64,000 nt of DNA from Candidatus Micrarchaeia archaeon (GTDB taxonomy: Archaea > Micrarchaeota > Micrarchaeia > Micrarchaeales > Micrarchaeaceae): positions 7,783 to 71,782 of the forward strand of contig JBMFSA010000002.1 in NCBI GenBank assembly GCA_049967795.1, read 5' to 3'. This document shows, piece by piece, positions 41,881 through 51,032 of the stretch. The notes below the pieces were generated by a model. It saw nothing but the letters and a program-made list of their open reading frames with translations, made no database searches and was not told where the DNA came from. Position 1 is the stretch's first letter; each line of letters opens with the position of its first letter. The position numbers and the translations under genes are program-made.

Positions 41881-43059
41881 ATGGATACTGAAAAATATAA
41901 TATTTATAAGTCTAAACATTATAAATTATTTCCAATCTTGCCTATATTACTGCTTATTATAGGTCTCTATTTTATACTTGTACCTCATATTCCATTAGAT
42001 TCATCATTGAGAGGAGGTATAGAAATACAGCTTCAGACGAATTCTCTAATAAATGTTCAAATGCTAACATCAGCGATAAATGCAAAGATACCTAATGCTG
42101 AAGCAAGTGTATCAACCACATCTGCTGGTGTTGATATAACAATTGCTACTAATAGCAGCTTGTCTAATGCTGAAAGTGGTTTAATAACATTATATGGATA
42201 TTATAGTAATTATACTAATGAAAGTACAAAGATTGCTCTTTATCAAAATATATTGTCAAAACAATCAAATGCTACTATAGAATCATTGCTTAATTCAGAA
42301 GAAATCAATCAAACAAAAACTATAGAAGCAATGCATCTAGAAGCATCTTCTATAATATCAACATTATCTCCTCTTCTAAATAATAATATTAATAATTATT
42401 TAATAACAAATGCTACCCCACCCTCACAAATTATTAGCATTACACGAAGTGCATATCTTAATGCTTCAAATAATTATGAAAATAAAATAATAGCAATATT
42501 AAGAACAATAGTACCTTTTTCATCATATACATACCAAGAAACAACAGCAACACTTGGCGCTTACTTTTTACAACAGATTGAATATATAATAATAGTATCG
42601 TTTGTTATTGTCGCTATTGCTGCGTTCTTTATATTTAGATCACCAATTCCATCAATAGCTGTAGTATTTGGTGCTGTCAATGATCTTGTTGTTGCACTTG
42701 CAGGAATGGCGATATTTGGCATACCTCTGGGAGTTGCATCAATAGGAGGTCTTTTGATGCTTATAGGTTATTCAATGGACACTGATGTTTTAGGTGCAAT
42801 AAGAATATTAAAACATACAGAAAACTTACCTGCCGATAGAGCATTTTCAACACTTAAAACAGGATTAACTATGACTATTGCAGCCATAATTACATTCTCA
42901 ATACTTCTTATTACGGCATATATAAGTTTTATACCTACATATTTTGAAATAGCAAGTGTTGTACTATTTGGATTATCTGGTGATATCATAACAACATGGT
43001 TTGGTGATACTGTATTAATTTTGTGGTATAAAGAACACAAAGATTCAAAGTTTAGATAA
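41881..43059 (+). CDS. secF: Protein-export membrane protein SecF
   Basis: N-terminal TM, sequon-rich extracytoplasmic domain, C-terminal RND-like 5-TM bundle (LGYSMDTDVL). First ATG used; the track start is a TTG at 41872. Confidence 0.8.
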   Translation: MDTEKYNIYKSKHYKLFPILPILLLIIGLYFILVPHIPLDSSLRGGIEIQLQTNSLINVQMLTSAINAKIPNAEASVSTTSAGVDITIATNSSLSNAESGLITLYGYYSNYTNESTKIALYQNILSKQSNATIESLLNSEEINQTKTIEAMHLEASSIISTLSPLLNNNINNYLITNATPPSQIISITRSAYLNASNNYENKIIAILRTIVPFSSYTYQETTATLGAYFLQQIEYIIIVSFVIVAIAAFFIFRSPIPSIAVVFGAVNDLVVALAGMAIFGIPLGVASIGGLLMLIGYSMDTDVLGAIRILKHTENLPADRAFSTLKTGLTMTIAAIITFSILLITAYISFIPTYFEIASVVLFGLSGDIITTWFGDTVLILWYKEHKDSKFR

Positions 43060-43122
43060 TATAAATTGATTTTAATATTTATTATAATAATAAATAAAGA
43101 TGCTATATAAAAAAATTGATGA

Positions 43123-44724
43123 ATGATTAAAATGTTAAGCAATGATTCATATTTAAAAGATAAGAGAATTTTAACATTGATAATAGTAGCAATTGCTTTC
43201 TTAATATTAGATATAGTATATGGAATACATTTCGGAATAGAATTTGTAGGTGGAACGCAGATTCCAGTTATGTTAGAGCACAGTGTTAATATAACAACAA
43301 TGACACAACTTATTACAACACTTAATCAAAGATTGTCTACTTTTGGTCTGCAGCAAGTGACTATTGAAGGAATAGGAAATTCAGAAATATATGTTGTTAT
43401 ACCTAAAGCATCAAATGCTGAGATTAATCAAACAATCAGTATAATTAATAGTCAAGGTAAATTTGATGGTATAGTTGATGGACGTGAAGCAATTAATGGC
43501 AGTGATATATTAAGTGGAAGTATAGGTGCACTACAGCCTCAAGTTTTGAATAATACTGTAATATGGCAGGTTGATTTCTATATCACAAATAGCGCAGAAA
43601 AGCCTTTTGCGCAAGCAGTATTTGGACAAGGCAATAAGCCCATTTATATGTTCCTTGATAGGCCAACTTCTTCCGTAGTTCTAATAAATAGTACATTACT
43701 TAGCAGTAAGAATAGTAGTATTCTTCTGAACCCTACATCAAAACTTAAGGCGATGCAAAATGCTCTACAGTTTGGAAATAATACAATACCTATTTTGACA
43801 GTTTCAAATACTCAGTCAAGCATAAAGAATGCAGAAACTTTCTTATTAAATAATAAGAATAAGTATCATAAAGTCATTATGAGCGATAATCTGAATTCTA
43901 CTCTTGTATCTTATATTAAATCATTAAATTATACTATTGTTTTAGAGAATAATGCTAATATGACTCCAACATTCATATCAAATGGATTTAATTCTACTAT
44001 TGTAGATTCATGGCCTGCGGTAGGATTAATTTCCTCTCCTATATTATCACCAGGTCTTGCAAATGGTAATGTAAGCAACAGTTTTCAAATAAGCGGTGCA
44101 GCGCCAATTAATATAACTTCAATTCAAGGAAAAATAAATTATGCGCAGAATGAGAGTAAAAAAATTGTTAGTGTTTTGAGCGGAGGCGCACTGCCTGTTG
44201 CTGTAATAACTGAATCACCAACAATTATACCTCCAACACTGGGTTCGCATTTCTTATTTATAAGTGCAATAGCTGGAATTATTGCAATAATTTTTGTATC
44301 AATTTTTATGGTGCTAAGATACAAGCGTTTGTTCTTAGTTGCACCTATTCTGCTTACAACTATAATGGAAGTATTTATTATAGTGTCTGTAATAGGTTTG
44401 ATAGGTACTATAGATTTGGCTGCAGTTGCAGGAATAATTGCAGTTATAGGCACTGGAGTTGATGCACAGATAATTATAACAGATGAAATATTAAACAAAG
44501 GGCATGAGCTGACTGCTAAAACTCTATTGAGCAATGCATTCTATATTGTATGGATTGATGCAGGATTATTAGTAATTGCAATGCTACCATTATTCTTTTC
44601 AACATCACTTGTAAGTGTTATAGGCTTCTCTGAATCAACAATATTTGGAGCACTTTTGAGTGTCTTTATAACAAGGCCTGCATACGGTGCTATAGTGAGC
44701 AAACACTATCTCAAAAAGATATAA
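43123..44724 (+). CDS. secD: Protein-export membrane protein SecD
   Basis: 533 aa. GIEFVGGTQI motif, large extracytoplasmic domain, C-terminal 5-TM bundle (GTGVDAQIIITDE). Archaeal secF-secD order. Confidence 0.85.
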   Translation: MIKMLSNDSYLKDKRILTLIIVAIAFLILDIVYGIHFGIEFVGGTQIPVMLEHSVNITTMTQLITTLNQRLSTFGLQQVTIEGIGNSEIYVVIPKASNAEINQTISIINSQGKFDGIVDGREAINGSDILSGSIGALQPQVLNNTVIWQVDFYITNSAEKPFAQAVFGQGNKPIYMFLDRPTSSVVLINSTLLSSKNSSILLNPTSKLKAMQNALQFGNNTIPILTVSNTQSSIKNAETFLLNNKNKYHKVIMSDNLNSTLVSYIKSLNYTIVLENNANMTPTFISNGFNSTIVDSWPAVGLISSPILSPGLANGNVSNSFQISGAAPINITSIQGKINYAQNESKKIVSVLSGGALPVAVITESPTIIPPTLGSHFLFISAIAGIIAIIFVSIFMVLRYKRLFLVAPILLTTIMEVFIIVSVIGLIGTIDLAAVAGIIAVIGTGVDAQIIITDEILNKGHELTAKTLLSNAFYIVWIDAGLLVIAMLPLFFSTSLVSVIGFSESTIFGALLSVFITRPAYGAIVSKHYLKKI

Positions 44725-44905
44725 ATAGTTTGATTTAATTTAAATTTAAACATTTTTATTTTATTTTTAATTTTTATTATTTGAGCTTCCTATTTATATA
44801 TATAAAAAATAGATCAACAAATGAAAGCAAACCTATAAATATGAAATATAATTTATATATTTCTTTATTATATAATTTTTATTTTGTTTTTATATTTGTG
44901 CTTTT

Positions 44906-44937
44906 TATTTTTTTAGTATATATTTTTTTAGTATATA
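44906..44937. repeat. Perfect 15-bp tandem repeat, 2.1 copies (ATTTTTTTAGTATAT)
   Basis: Identity at period 15 from 44906 to 44937, in the secD/NMD3-like spacer. Confidence 0.75.
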
Positions 44938-45026
44938 ATAAAAATGATAAAAATTAATAGTTATTAAATATTAATAATTTATAATCATAATCTAAAAAGT
45001 TCAAATAAAACAAGTTCTGTGATATA

Positions 45027-45680
45027 ATGATTAAATATTGTCCATTATGTAATGCTTCAAGCAGCGAAGTGCGATTTGTCGGCGAGTTTTGTGAAAACTG
45101 CTTGATTAAAGAAGCAAAAAAGAAAATTAAAGAAGATATAAAAATTGAGTTTTGTAAGCGTTGCGATAGGCTCAAGGTGAAAGGCACCTATATAGAAAAG
45201 AATGAAAAAAATTTGGGCGCAGCAATGCTTGAAGCATTAGATGATAAGAAATGTATGAATGTTGTTGTAAATTCATTAAACAAAGATGAAGTAAACTTGA
45301 ATATTAAATATATGATAAATGACGATTATATAAAATTTGACAAAATTGTAAGGTATAAAATGATCCATCAGATATGTCAGGATTGCTATCGAAGAAGCTC
45401 TGGCTATTATGAAGCAATTATACAGCTTCGTGGTGATGAACAGCGCATTGATAAAATAATCGAAAAAATAGAGACTTTTCTATCTAACAACAATGCCTTT
45501 GTATCAAAAATAGAAAAATTAGAAAATAATGGTATTGATCTCTATATAAGCGATAAAACTTTAATAAAAACTTTCTTCATAGCACACAAATTAAAGCCTA
45601 AAGCATCATATACTCTTTACAGTATAAAGAATGGCAAAAAAGTTTATAGAAATACATATTTTTTAAAATTTGAAAAATAA
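45027..45680 (+). CDS. NMD3-family (ribosome biogenesis/export factor-like) zinc-ribbon protein
   Basis: 217 aa. CPLC...CENC...CKRC...CQDC followed by YYEAIIQLRG, the NMD3 hallmark (..A.VQ.R). SD GTGAT. Confidence 0.7.
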   Translation: MIKYCPLCNASSSEVRFVGEFCENCLIKEAKKKIKEDIKIEFCKRCDRLKVKGTYIEKNEKNLGAAMLEALDDKKCMNVVVNSLNKDEVNLNIKYMINDDYIKFDKIVRYKMIHQICQDCYRRSSGYYEAIIQLRGDEQRIDKIIEKIETFLSNNNAFVSKIEKLENNGIDLYISDKTLIKTFFIAHKLKPKASYTLYSIKNGKKVYRNTYFLKFEK

Positions 45681-45741
45681 TAAAAAATATAATTAAAGCA
45701 AGTATTTTTCAAAATTTTTAATTTTTAACTTTAACTTTTTG

Positions 45742-46224
45742 CTATACTGGTTTTATATAAACACAAGGTAAAGTAGGATTAGAAGGGCAAGAATTTTCTG
45801 CACTTATATTGATAAGATAAACACCTTCTGAAGTAAGTCCAGTCAGTGAGCCACTTACATTTACAGGAGTATATGCACTTACATAACTAGGGCCTGCATT
45901 TGTATCAACAACAAACGTTATTATATGGCCTATTGTTCCTGTTTGAGTCCCTATTGATGCACTTTTTATGTTTTGCGGTATCTGAATAAGTACCAACTGT
46001 TTTGCAGGATATCCTTGCAAACCAACAGATGTTGCAACACTTGCTAATTTTTCAGCTGCAGCATCCGCCTCTGATGATGATAGTGTTGAAGCTGAATTTG
46101 AGATTTGTATAAATGCAATTGATATTATAGGTAAAAGAATTATCAATGCAAATGTGAGTGTTATCAATAGCTCTAAGCTAGACTGTGCTTTTCTGTGTTT
46201 ATTTATAATTTTCCTATTCCTCAT
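45742..46224 (-). CDS. Class III signal peptide (archaeal type IV pilin-like) protein
   Basis: Basic N-terminus then KAQSSLELLITLTFALIILLPII (prepilin-like cleavage context with Q at +1 and E at +5). Start set at the ATG at 46222-46224, preceded by SD GAGGAGGAA. It lies 1 nt after the stop of the upstream CBS gene. Confidence 0.7.
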   Translation of the reverse strand: MRNRKIINKHRKAQSSLELLITLTFALIILLPIISIAFIQISNSASTLSSSEADAAAEKLASVATSVGLQGYPAKQLVLIQIPQNIKSASIGTQTGTIGHIITFVVDTNAGPSYVSAYTPVNVSGSLTGLTSEGVYLINISAENSCPSNPTLPCVYIKPV

Positions 46225-46225
46225 T

Positions 46226-47383
46226 TTATTCCTCCTCATGCTGATTTGCCATCTCTTTACTCTTTTTTCTATTGATATCTCTTTTCTTTAATATCTCTTT
46301 CCATAGAACATCTAATAAACTATCAAAGGTTCTATCAAAAAGGTAGCCACTAACATTCATTGTTATAATTCCTTCTTTTCTCAATTCTAATCTAGCATGT
46401 ATTTCATAAGTTTTTGTTTTTAATTTCTTAATATGTATGCTTATAAATTCTACATTTTCGCCTCTTAATTTTTCAACTTTCTCTATAAAGTTCTTCAATT
46501 CCTCTCTTATTTCATCTTCAAATTGATAAGTATCTTCATTCAATCCACTGATAAATATTTTGTTTCTAAATGCTGTACTTCTTGAAAGCATACTTACTAT
46601 TGCATCAAGTTCTGTTAATATACCTACGGGTTTATTTTTATCAACAACAACTATCGAAGAAATATCATTCTCTATTAATTTTCTTACTGCTTCATCTAAA
46701 TTTGTACTAATATTTACTGTTATTAAATTAGGCTCTATAAAATCTTTAACTTTAAAGTTTGACAGATTAAAAACTTTTGTTTTAAATTCCGGCAGCCTTT
46801 CTTCGGGTTTGATAAATTGTTTTATTAAACTATAGCTAGTTAAAATGCCTTCTATATTGCCCCTATTATCTACAACAATTAATCTATTTATTCTATTAGT
46901 TTTCATTAATTTGATTGCTTGGAGTATATTAGCATCTTTTTCTATTGTTATTATAGGAGAAGTCATCGTATTTTCAACTTTTAATTCATTAAACTTTTTT
47001 AATGACAATAATATTTTTAATAATGTGCTTCTTTTTAAGATTCCTCTAATTTTATCATTTTTTATGTACGGCAGAGCTTTTACTCTTGCTTTATAAAAAT
47101 AATATGCGACGTCTTCTATAGTTGTTGCATCTGTTATTTTAGGCACTCTAATCAATAAATTTTCTAAAGATTCCTTTTTATCTATTTTCAAACTGTCTTG
47201 TATATGTTTATATAATGCTCTTGAATCGACTATACCTACATATTTGTTATCTTTTTTAACAATTATTGCATCATATTTTTCAATATCTTGCAATACTTTT
47301 GTTATTGGGGTTTTAATATTATAAAATTCTGTTTTTGATATCAACTCCTCAGGTACATTATATTTATTTATAAGATCATCCAT
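46226..47383 (-). CDS. Four-CBS-domain protein with a C-terminal RaiA/HPF-like domain (candidate ribosome hibernation factor)
   Basis: 385 aa. Four CBS motifs in residues about 20-265. Residues about 275-372 show a beta-alpha-beta-beta-beta-alpha pattern with ...FDSLLDVLWKEILKKRD, resembling the HPF signature ...AIDGLIDKLARQLTKHKD. SD AGGTGA. Confidence 0.6.
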   Translation of the reverse strand: MDDLINKYNVPEELISKTEFYNIKTPITKVLQDIEKYDAIIVKKDNKYVGIVDSRALYKHIQDSLKIDKKESLENLLIRVPKITDATTIEDVAYYFYKARVKALPYIKNDKIRGILKRSTLLKILLSLKKFNELKVENTMTSPIITIEKDANILQAIKLMKTNRINRLIVVDNRGNIEGILTSYSLIKQFIKPEERLPEFKTKVFNLSNFKVKDFIEPNLITVNISTNLDEAVRKLIENDISSIVVVDKNKPVGILTELDAIVSMLSRSTAFRNKIFISGLNEDTYQFEDEIREELKNFIEKVEKLRGENVEFISIHIKKLKTKTYEIHARLELRKEGIITMNVSGYLFDRTFDSLLDVLWKEILKKRDINRKKSKEMANQHEEE

Positions 47384-47569
47384 ATTTTCACCTAATTATT
47401 TTTGTTTATCATATTATACATGATATCTTTATAAAATTATTGCTATAGCGCAGAACAATATAATATAATTCAATTATAAAAATAAGAAAAGTAAATATAA
47501 TGAGGTTGAATAGAAAAATATTTATATGATTCGGTGTATAAAAATTTAACATATATATTTGGTGGTAAA

Positions 47570-47701
47570 ATGAAAATGCCAATATACGAAATAAGTCCAA
47601 AAGCTCCAAAGAAACCAGAGGACGAAGAGGATGAAGAAGAGGAAGAGGATGAAGAAGACGATGACTACCCTCCTGAAGAAGATGAAGAGGATGAAGAATA
47701 A
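47570..47701 (+). CDS. Unannotated 43-codon hyper-acidic small protein
   Basis: MKMPIYEISPKAPKKPEDEEDEEEEEDEEDDDYPPEEDEEDEE. SD GGTGGT 3 nt before the ATG. GC island in an AT-rich spacer. T-rich tract downstream. Below the ORF-track length cutoff. Confidence 0.5.
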   Translation: MKMPIYEISPKAPKKPEDEEDEEEEEDEEDDDYPPEEDEEDEE

Positions 47702-47766
47702 AGTATATAAATAAATATAATAATATAACACGTCTTATATCTTCGTAAATTGTTGTGTGCAATTTA

Positions 47767-47816
47767 TTTTTTTTGTTCATTTTTATAAGTTATTTTTGTT
47801 TTTATTTTGTTTTTTG
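47767..47816 (+). terminator. T-rich block (T8, T5, T5, T5, T4, T6 runs) downstream of the acidic sORF
   Basis: TTTTTTTTGTTCATTTTTATAAGTTATTTTTGTTTTTATTTTGTTTTTTG, read directly. Oligo-T tracts are the usual archaeal intrinsic termination signal. Confidence 0.35.
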
Positions 47817-48033
47817 TTTATCTTTATAATTTGTAAATATTTCATATTTCTATTTATAATAATCTTATATTATAAAATTTTAAATTTATTATTATATTAT
47901 AAATCTATCAGTAGATTTTATATTTTGGAATCTTTCTAAATAAATTTTAATATATTTATATATAAATTTATTTGTAATTTATTGACATCATTTCTTAAAA
48001 TAAGTGTAATATTTTATATTACTATTGATATAA

Positions 48034-48080
48034 TTAAATATAATAATTATTTAAATTTAAATATAACAATTATTTAAATT
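48034..48080. repeat. 23-bp tandem repeat, 2 copies with 1 mismatch (TTAAATATAA[T/C]AATTATTTAAAT), upstream of cdc48
   Basis: Period-23 identity from 48034 to 48080 except 48044 vs 48067. Lies 57-103 bp upstream of the cdc48 ATG and contains TATA-like elements. Confidence 0.75.
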
Positions 48081-48136
48081 GATTAAACTAATATAAATTA
48101 AACTTATATTAAAAAATAATATTAAAAGTGATAATA

Positions 48137-50290
48137 ATGGCTGATGGAATAGAATTAATTGTTTCTGGTGCATTAGTTACAGATGATGCAAGAAGCATTG
48201 CAAGAATAGATTCAAAAGCAAGAAAATTGCTAGGAGTTACATCTGGCGACATTATTGAAATAAAAGGAAAGAAGAGGTCTACTGCTGCTATAGTATGGCA
48301 AGCTCATCAAAGCGATGAAGGGCTTGATTTTATAAGGATTGATGGATTTATAAGGAAAAATCTTGGTGTTGGAATTGGTGATAAGGTATTTGTAAAAAAG
48401 GTACAAGCGCTAGATGCAGAGCGCGTAATTCTTGCACCTACTTTAGATCAAAAGACTAATATATCTCCAGATTTTGCTGAATATGCAAGAGCAAAGTTAG
48501 AAGATAAGCCTTTAATGAAGGGAGATATAGTTCCAATCGCAATGTTTGGTTATGCATTTACATTTGTTGTTAATCAAGTTGTACCTCATGGTGTTGTAAA
48601 GGTTACAAGATCGACAGAGATAATTATAAAGAATGAGCCTGTATCAGAATCAATGGTACAGATTGGTGATGTACATTATGAAGATATTGGAGGGTTAAAA
48701 GGAGAGATACAAAAGATAAGGGAGATGGTTGAATTGCCTATAAGGCATCCAGAACTTTTTGAAAGATTGGGGATAGAGCCACCAAAAGGAGTACTCCTCT
48801 ATGGCGCTCCTGGAACAGGAAAAACTCTTCTTGCTAAAGCAGTTGCAAACGAAAGTGATGCGCATTTTATAAACATATCAGGGCCTGAATTAGTTAGCAA
48901 ATTTGTTGGTGAAAGTGAAGAGAAATTGAGAGAAATATTTAATGAAGCAAATTCAAAAGCACCATCAATAATATTTATGGATGAGATTGATGCAATTGCG
49001 CCAAAACGTGAGGAATCAACAAATGAAGTTGAACGCAGAATGGTTTCACAATTGCTGACCTTAATGGATGGTATGAATTCTAGAGGTCAGGTAATCGTTA
49101 TAGGTGCTACAAACCGTCCAAATGCTATTGACCCTGCATTAAGAAGGCCAGGGAGGTTTGACAGAGAAATAGAAATAGGAGTACCTGATAGAAATGCGAG
49201 AAAGGAAATATTACAAATACATACAAGGAATATGCCGCTTGCTGACGATGTAAATTTAGATGAGATTGCAGATTTGACACACGGTTATACAGGTGCAGAT
49301 TTGGCGGCACTGGTTAGGGAAGCTGCAATTACTGAATTAAGAAAGATAATACCAAAGATAGACCTTGATAAGAAAATACCAAATGAAATTTTAATAAGCC
49401 TTAATGTCACAAAAGATGATTTTATGAAAGCGCTAGGTAGCATACAGCCAAGTGCTCTCAGAGAGGTGTTTGTTGAAAGGCCTAATGTACACTGGTCTGA
49501 TGTTGGTGGATTGGAAGATGTAAAGCAGGAGTTAAAAGAAGCGTGTGAATTGCCTATTAAAAATCCTGAAGCATTTGAAAATATGGGCATCAGACCTATA
49601 AAAGGTATATTACTTGTTGGCGCTCCTGGAACAGGAAAAACTCTTCTTGCTAAAGCAGTTGCAACAGAGCGTGAATCAAATATGATATCAATAAAAGGGC
49701 CTGAAATACTTAGTAAATATGTTGGAGAAAGCGAAAAAGCAGTTAGAGAAATATTCAGAAAAGCAAGATTGTCTGCCCCTTGTATAATCTTTATAGATGA
49801 GATTGATGCAATTACGGGAATTAGAGGAGAAGGCGATGATTCAATGGTGACAGAAAGGGTTGTTGATACTTTGCTTACAGAACTTGATGGTCTACAAGAA
49901 ATGAAAAATGTTATTGTACTGGCAGCAACAAATAGGCCTGATATGATTGATCCCGCATTGCTCAGACCAGGCAGAATCGACAAAATAATAGAGATACCAT
50001 TACCTGATGAAGCAACAAGGTTAGCGATATTCAAAGTCCATACAAGGCGCATGCCTATTGATAAGGATGTAGATTTAAAAGTGCTAGCAAAAGCAACAGA
50101 AAACTATACTGGAGCAGAGATAGAAAATGTAGTTAGAGAAGCAGGTATGAATGCGATAAGAAACAAAAGAAACAAGGTTACTAAGGAAGATTTTGAATTT
50201 GCACTTACAGAAGTCAAGCCAGCGATACCTAAAGAATTGGCAGATCGTATTAAGAGATTCAAAGAAGAGCCTGAAACAATGTATAGATAA
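48137..50290 (+). CDS. cdc48: Cdc48/VCP-like AAA+ ATPase (two AAA domains)
   Basis: N domain plus D1 and D2, each with GPPGTGKT-like Walker A (GAPGTGKT twice) and DEID Walker B. C-terminal M-Y-R fits the HbYX proteasome-docking motif. The ATG at 48137 is preceded by SD GTGAT; the track start is that GTG. Confidence 0.95.
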   Translation: MADGIELIVSGALVTDDARSIARIDSKARKLLGVTSGDIIEIKGKKRSTAAIVWQAHQSDEGLDFIRIDGFIRKNLGVGIGDKVFVKKVQALDAERVILAPTLDQKTNISPDFAEYARAKLEDKPLMKGDIVPIAMFGYAFTFVVNQVVPHGVVKVTRSTEIIIKNEPVSESMVQIGDVHYEDIGGLKGEIQKIREMVELPIRHPELFERLGIEPPKGVLLYGAPGTGKTLLAKAVANESDAHFINISGPELVSKFVGESEEKLREIFNEANSKAPSIIFMDEIDAIAPKREESTNEVERRMVSQLLTLMDGMNSRGQVIVIGATNRPNAIDPALRRPGRFDREIEIGVPDRNARKEILQIHTRNMPLADDVNLDEIADLTHGYTGADLAALVREAAITELRKIIPKIDLDKKIPNEILISLNVTKDDFMKALGSIQPSALREVFVERPNVHWSDVGGLEDVKQELKEACELPIKNPEAFENMGIRPIKGILLVGAPGTGKTLLAKAVATERESNMISIKGPEILSKYVGESEKAVREIFRKARLSAPCIIFIDEIDAITGIRGEGDDSMVTERVVDTLLTELDGLQEMKNVIVLAATNRPDMIDPALLRPGRIDKIIEIPLPDEATRLAIFKVHTRRMPIDKDVDLKVLAKATENYTGAEIENVVREAGMNAIRNKRNKVTKEDFEFALTEVKPAIPKELADRIKRFKEEPETMYR

Positions 50291-50514
50291 ATTTACTTAA
50301 TTACTTTTATTTTATTTTTGTTATTTTCATTTATTGAAGGTGAATCAAAAGATATTTATAGATATTATAATTAAATTATGTAATATAAAAAGAGTATATA
50401 TTTTAAATATTTAAATAATAATTATTAATTAATTGTTATTTATTTTATTTTAACTGTTATACATTTTATTTAAAAATAATAAATAAATTATACTTATATT
50501 TAAATGGTGATTTT

Positions 50515-50910
50515 TTGAAAATAGTTTGTTCAGATCCAAAAAGTGGCAAAACTATGCAGATAGAGATTAAAGAAGATGCAGCATCCTATTTTATAAATAA
50601 AAAAATAGGTGAAATTGTCGAAGGTTCTATTTTAGATTTGCCTGGTTATAAATTGAAGATAACAGGGGGCAGTGATAAGAGTGGATTCTCTTTGAATAAG
50701 AGTATTAGTGGTACAGTTAAAACAAAAGTACTAAGAAAACAAGGTAAAAACAAAAATGCTATATATAGAAGAAGAATAGAAAGAGGTAATATTATTGCTT
50801 CAGATACAGAACAAGTTAATACTGTTATAGTTGAATATGGTGACAAACCTGTTGAATCAATATTCCCACAAAGTCAGCCTAAAGATAAAGAAGAAAAGTC
50901 AAAAGCCTGA
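50515..50910 (+). CDS. rps6e: Ribosomal protein eS6 (S6e)
   Basis: 131 aa. KIVCSDPKSGKTMQIEI...G..I.G......Y.L.ITGGSDKSGF pattern. TTG start with SD GGTGA 7 nt upstream. Confidence 0.88.
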   Translation: MKIVCSDPKSGKTMQIEIKEDAASYFINKKIGEIVEGSILDLPGYKLKITGGSDKSGFSLNKSISGTVKTKVLRKQGKNKNAIYRRRIERGNIIASDTEQVNTVIVEYGDKPVESIFPQSQPKDKEEKSKA

Positions 50911-51032
50911 TATATAATATTGATATAATTAATGTTAATAAATCTCATAGTAATTTTTTAGAAGTGAACTAGATTATTAAAAGTTTTGTATTATTTTTAT
51001 TTTATTGATTTTATTACTTTACTGGTGTTATA

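Noticed and set aside
47409-47780. 123-aa and 61-aa minus-strand ORFs (HPLHLLQEGSHRLLHPLPLLHPLRPL..., FILFIFFRRVVIVFFILFLFF...)
   Set aside because: They are the antisense and frame-shifted reading of the GAA/GAG/GAT acidic run and the flanking AT-rich DNA. They have no SD and nonsensical repetitive composition. The plus-strand sORF explains the GC island better.
49285-50052. 255-aa minus-strand ORF inside cdc48
   Set aside because: It is entirely antisense to a very well-supported AAA+ gene, with Ser/Ile-rich composition typical of antisense frames. The same applies to 13363-13923 (antisense to aCPSF1), 26251-27603 (fragments antisense to tuf), 42768-43142 and 44139-44534 (antisense to secF/secD), 9182-10622 (fragments antisense to dnaK) and 57121-57495 (antisense to dnaG).
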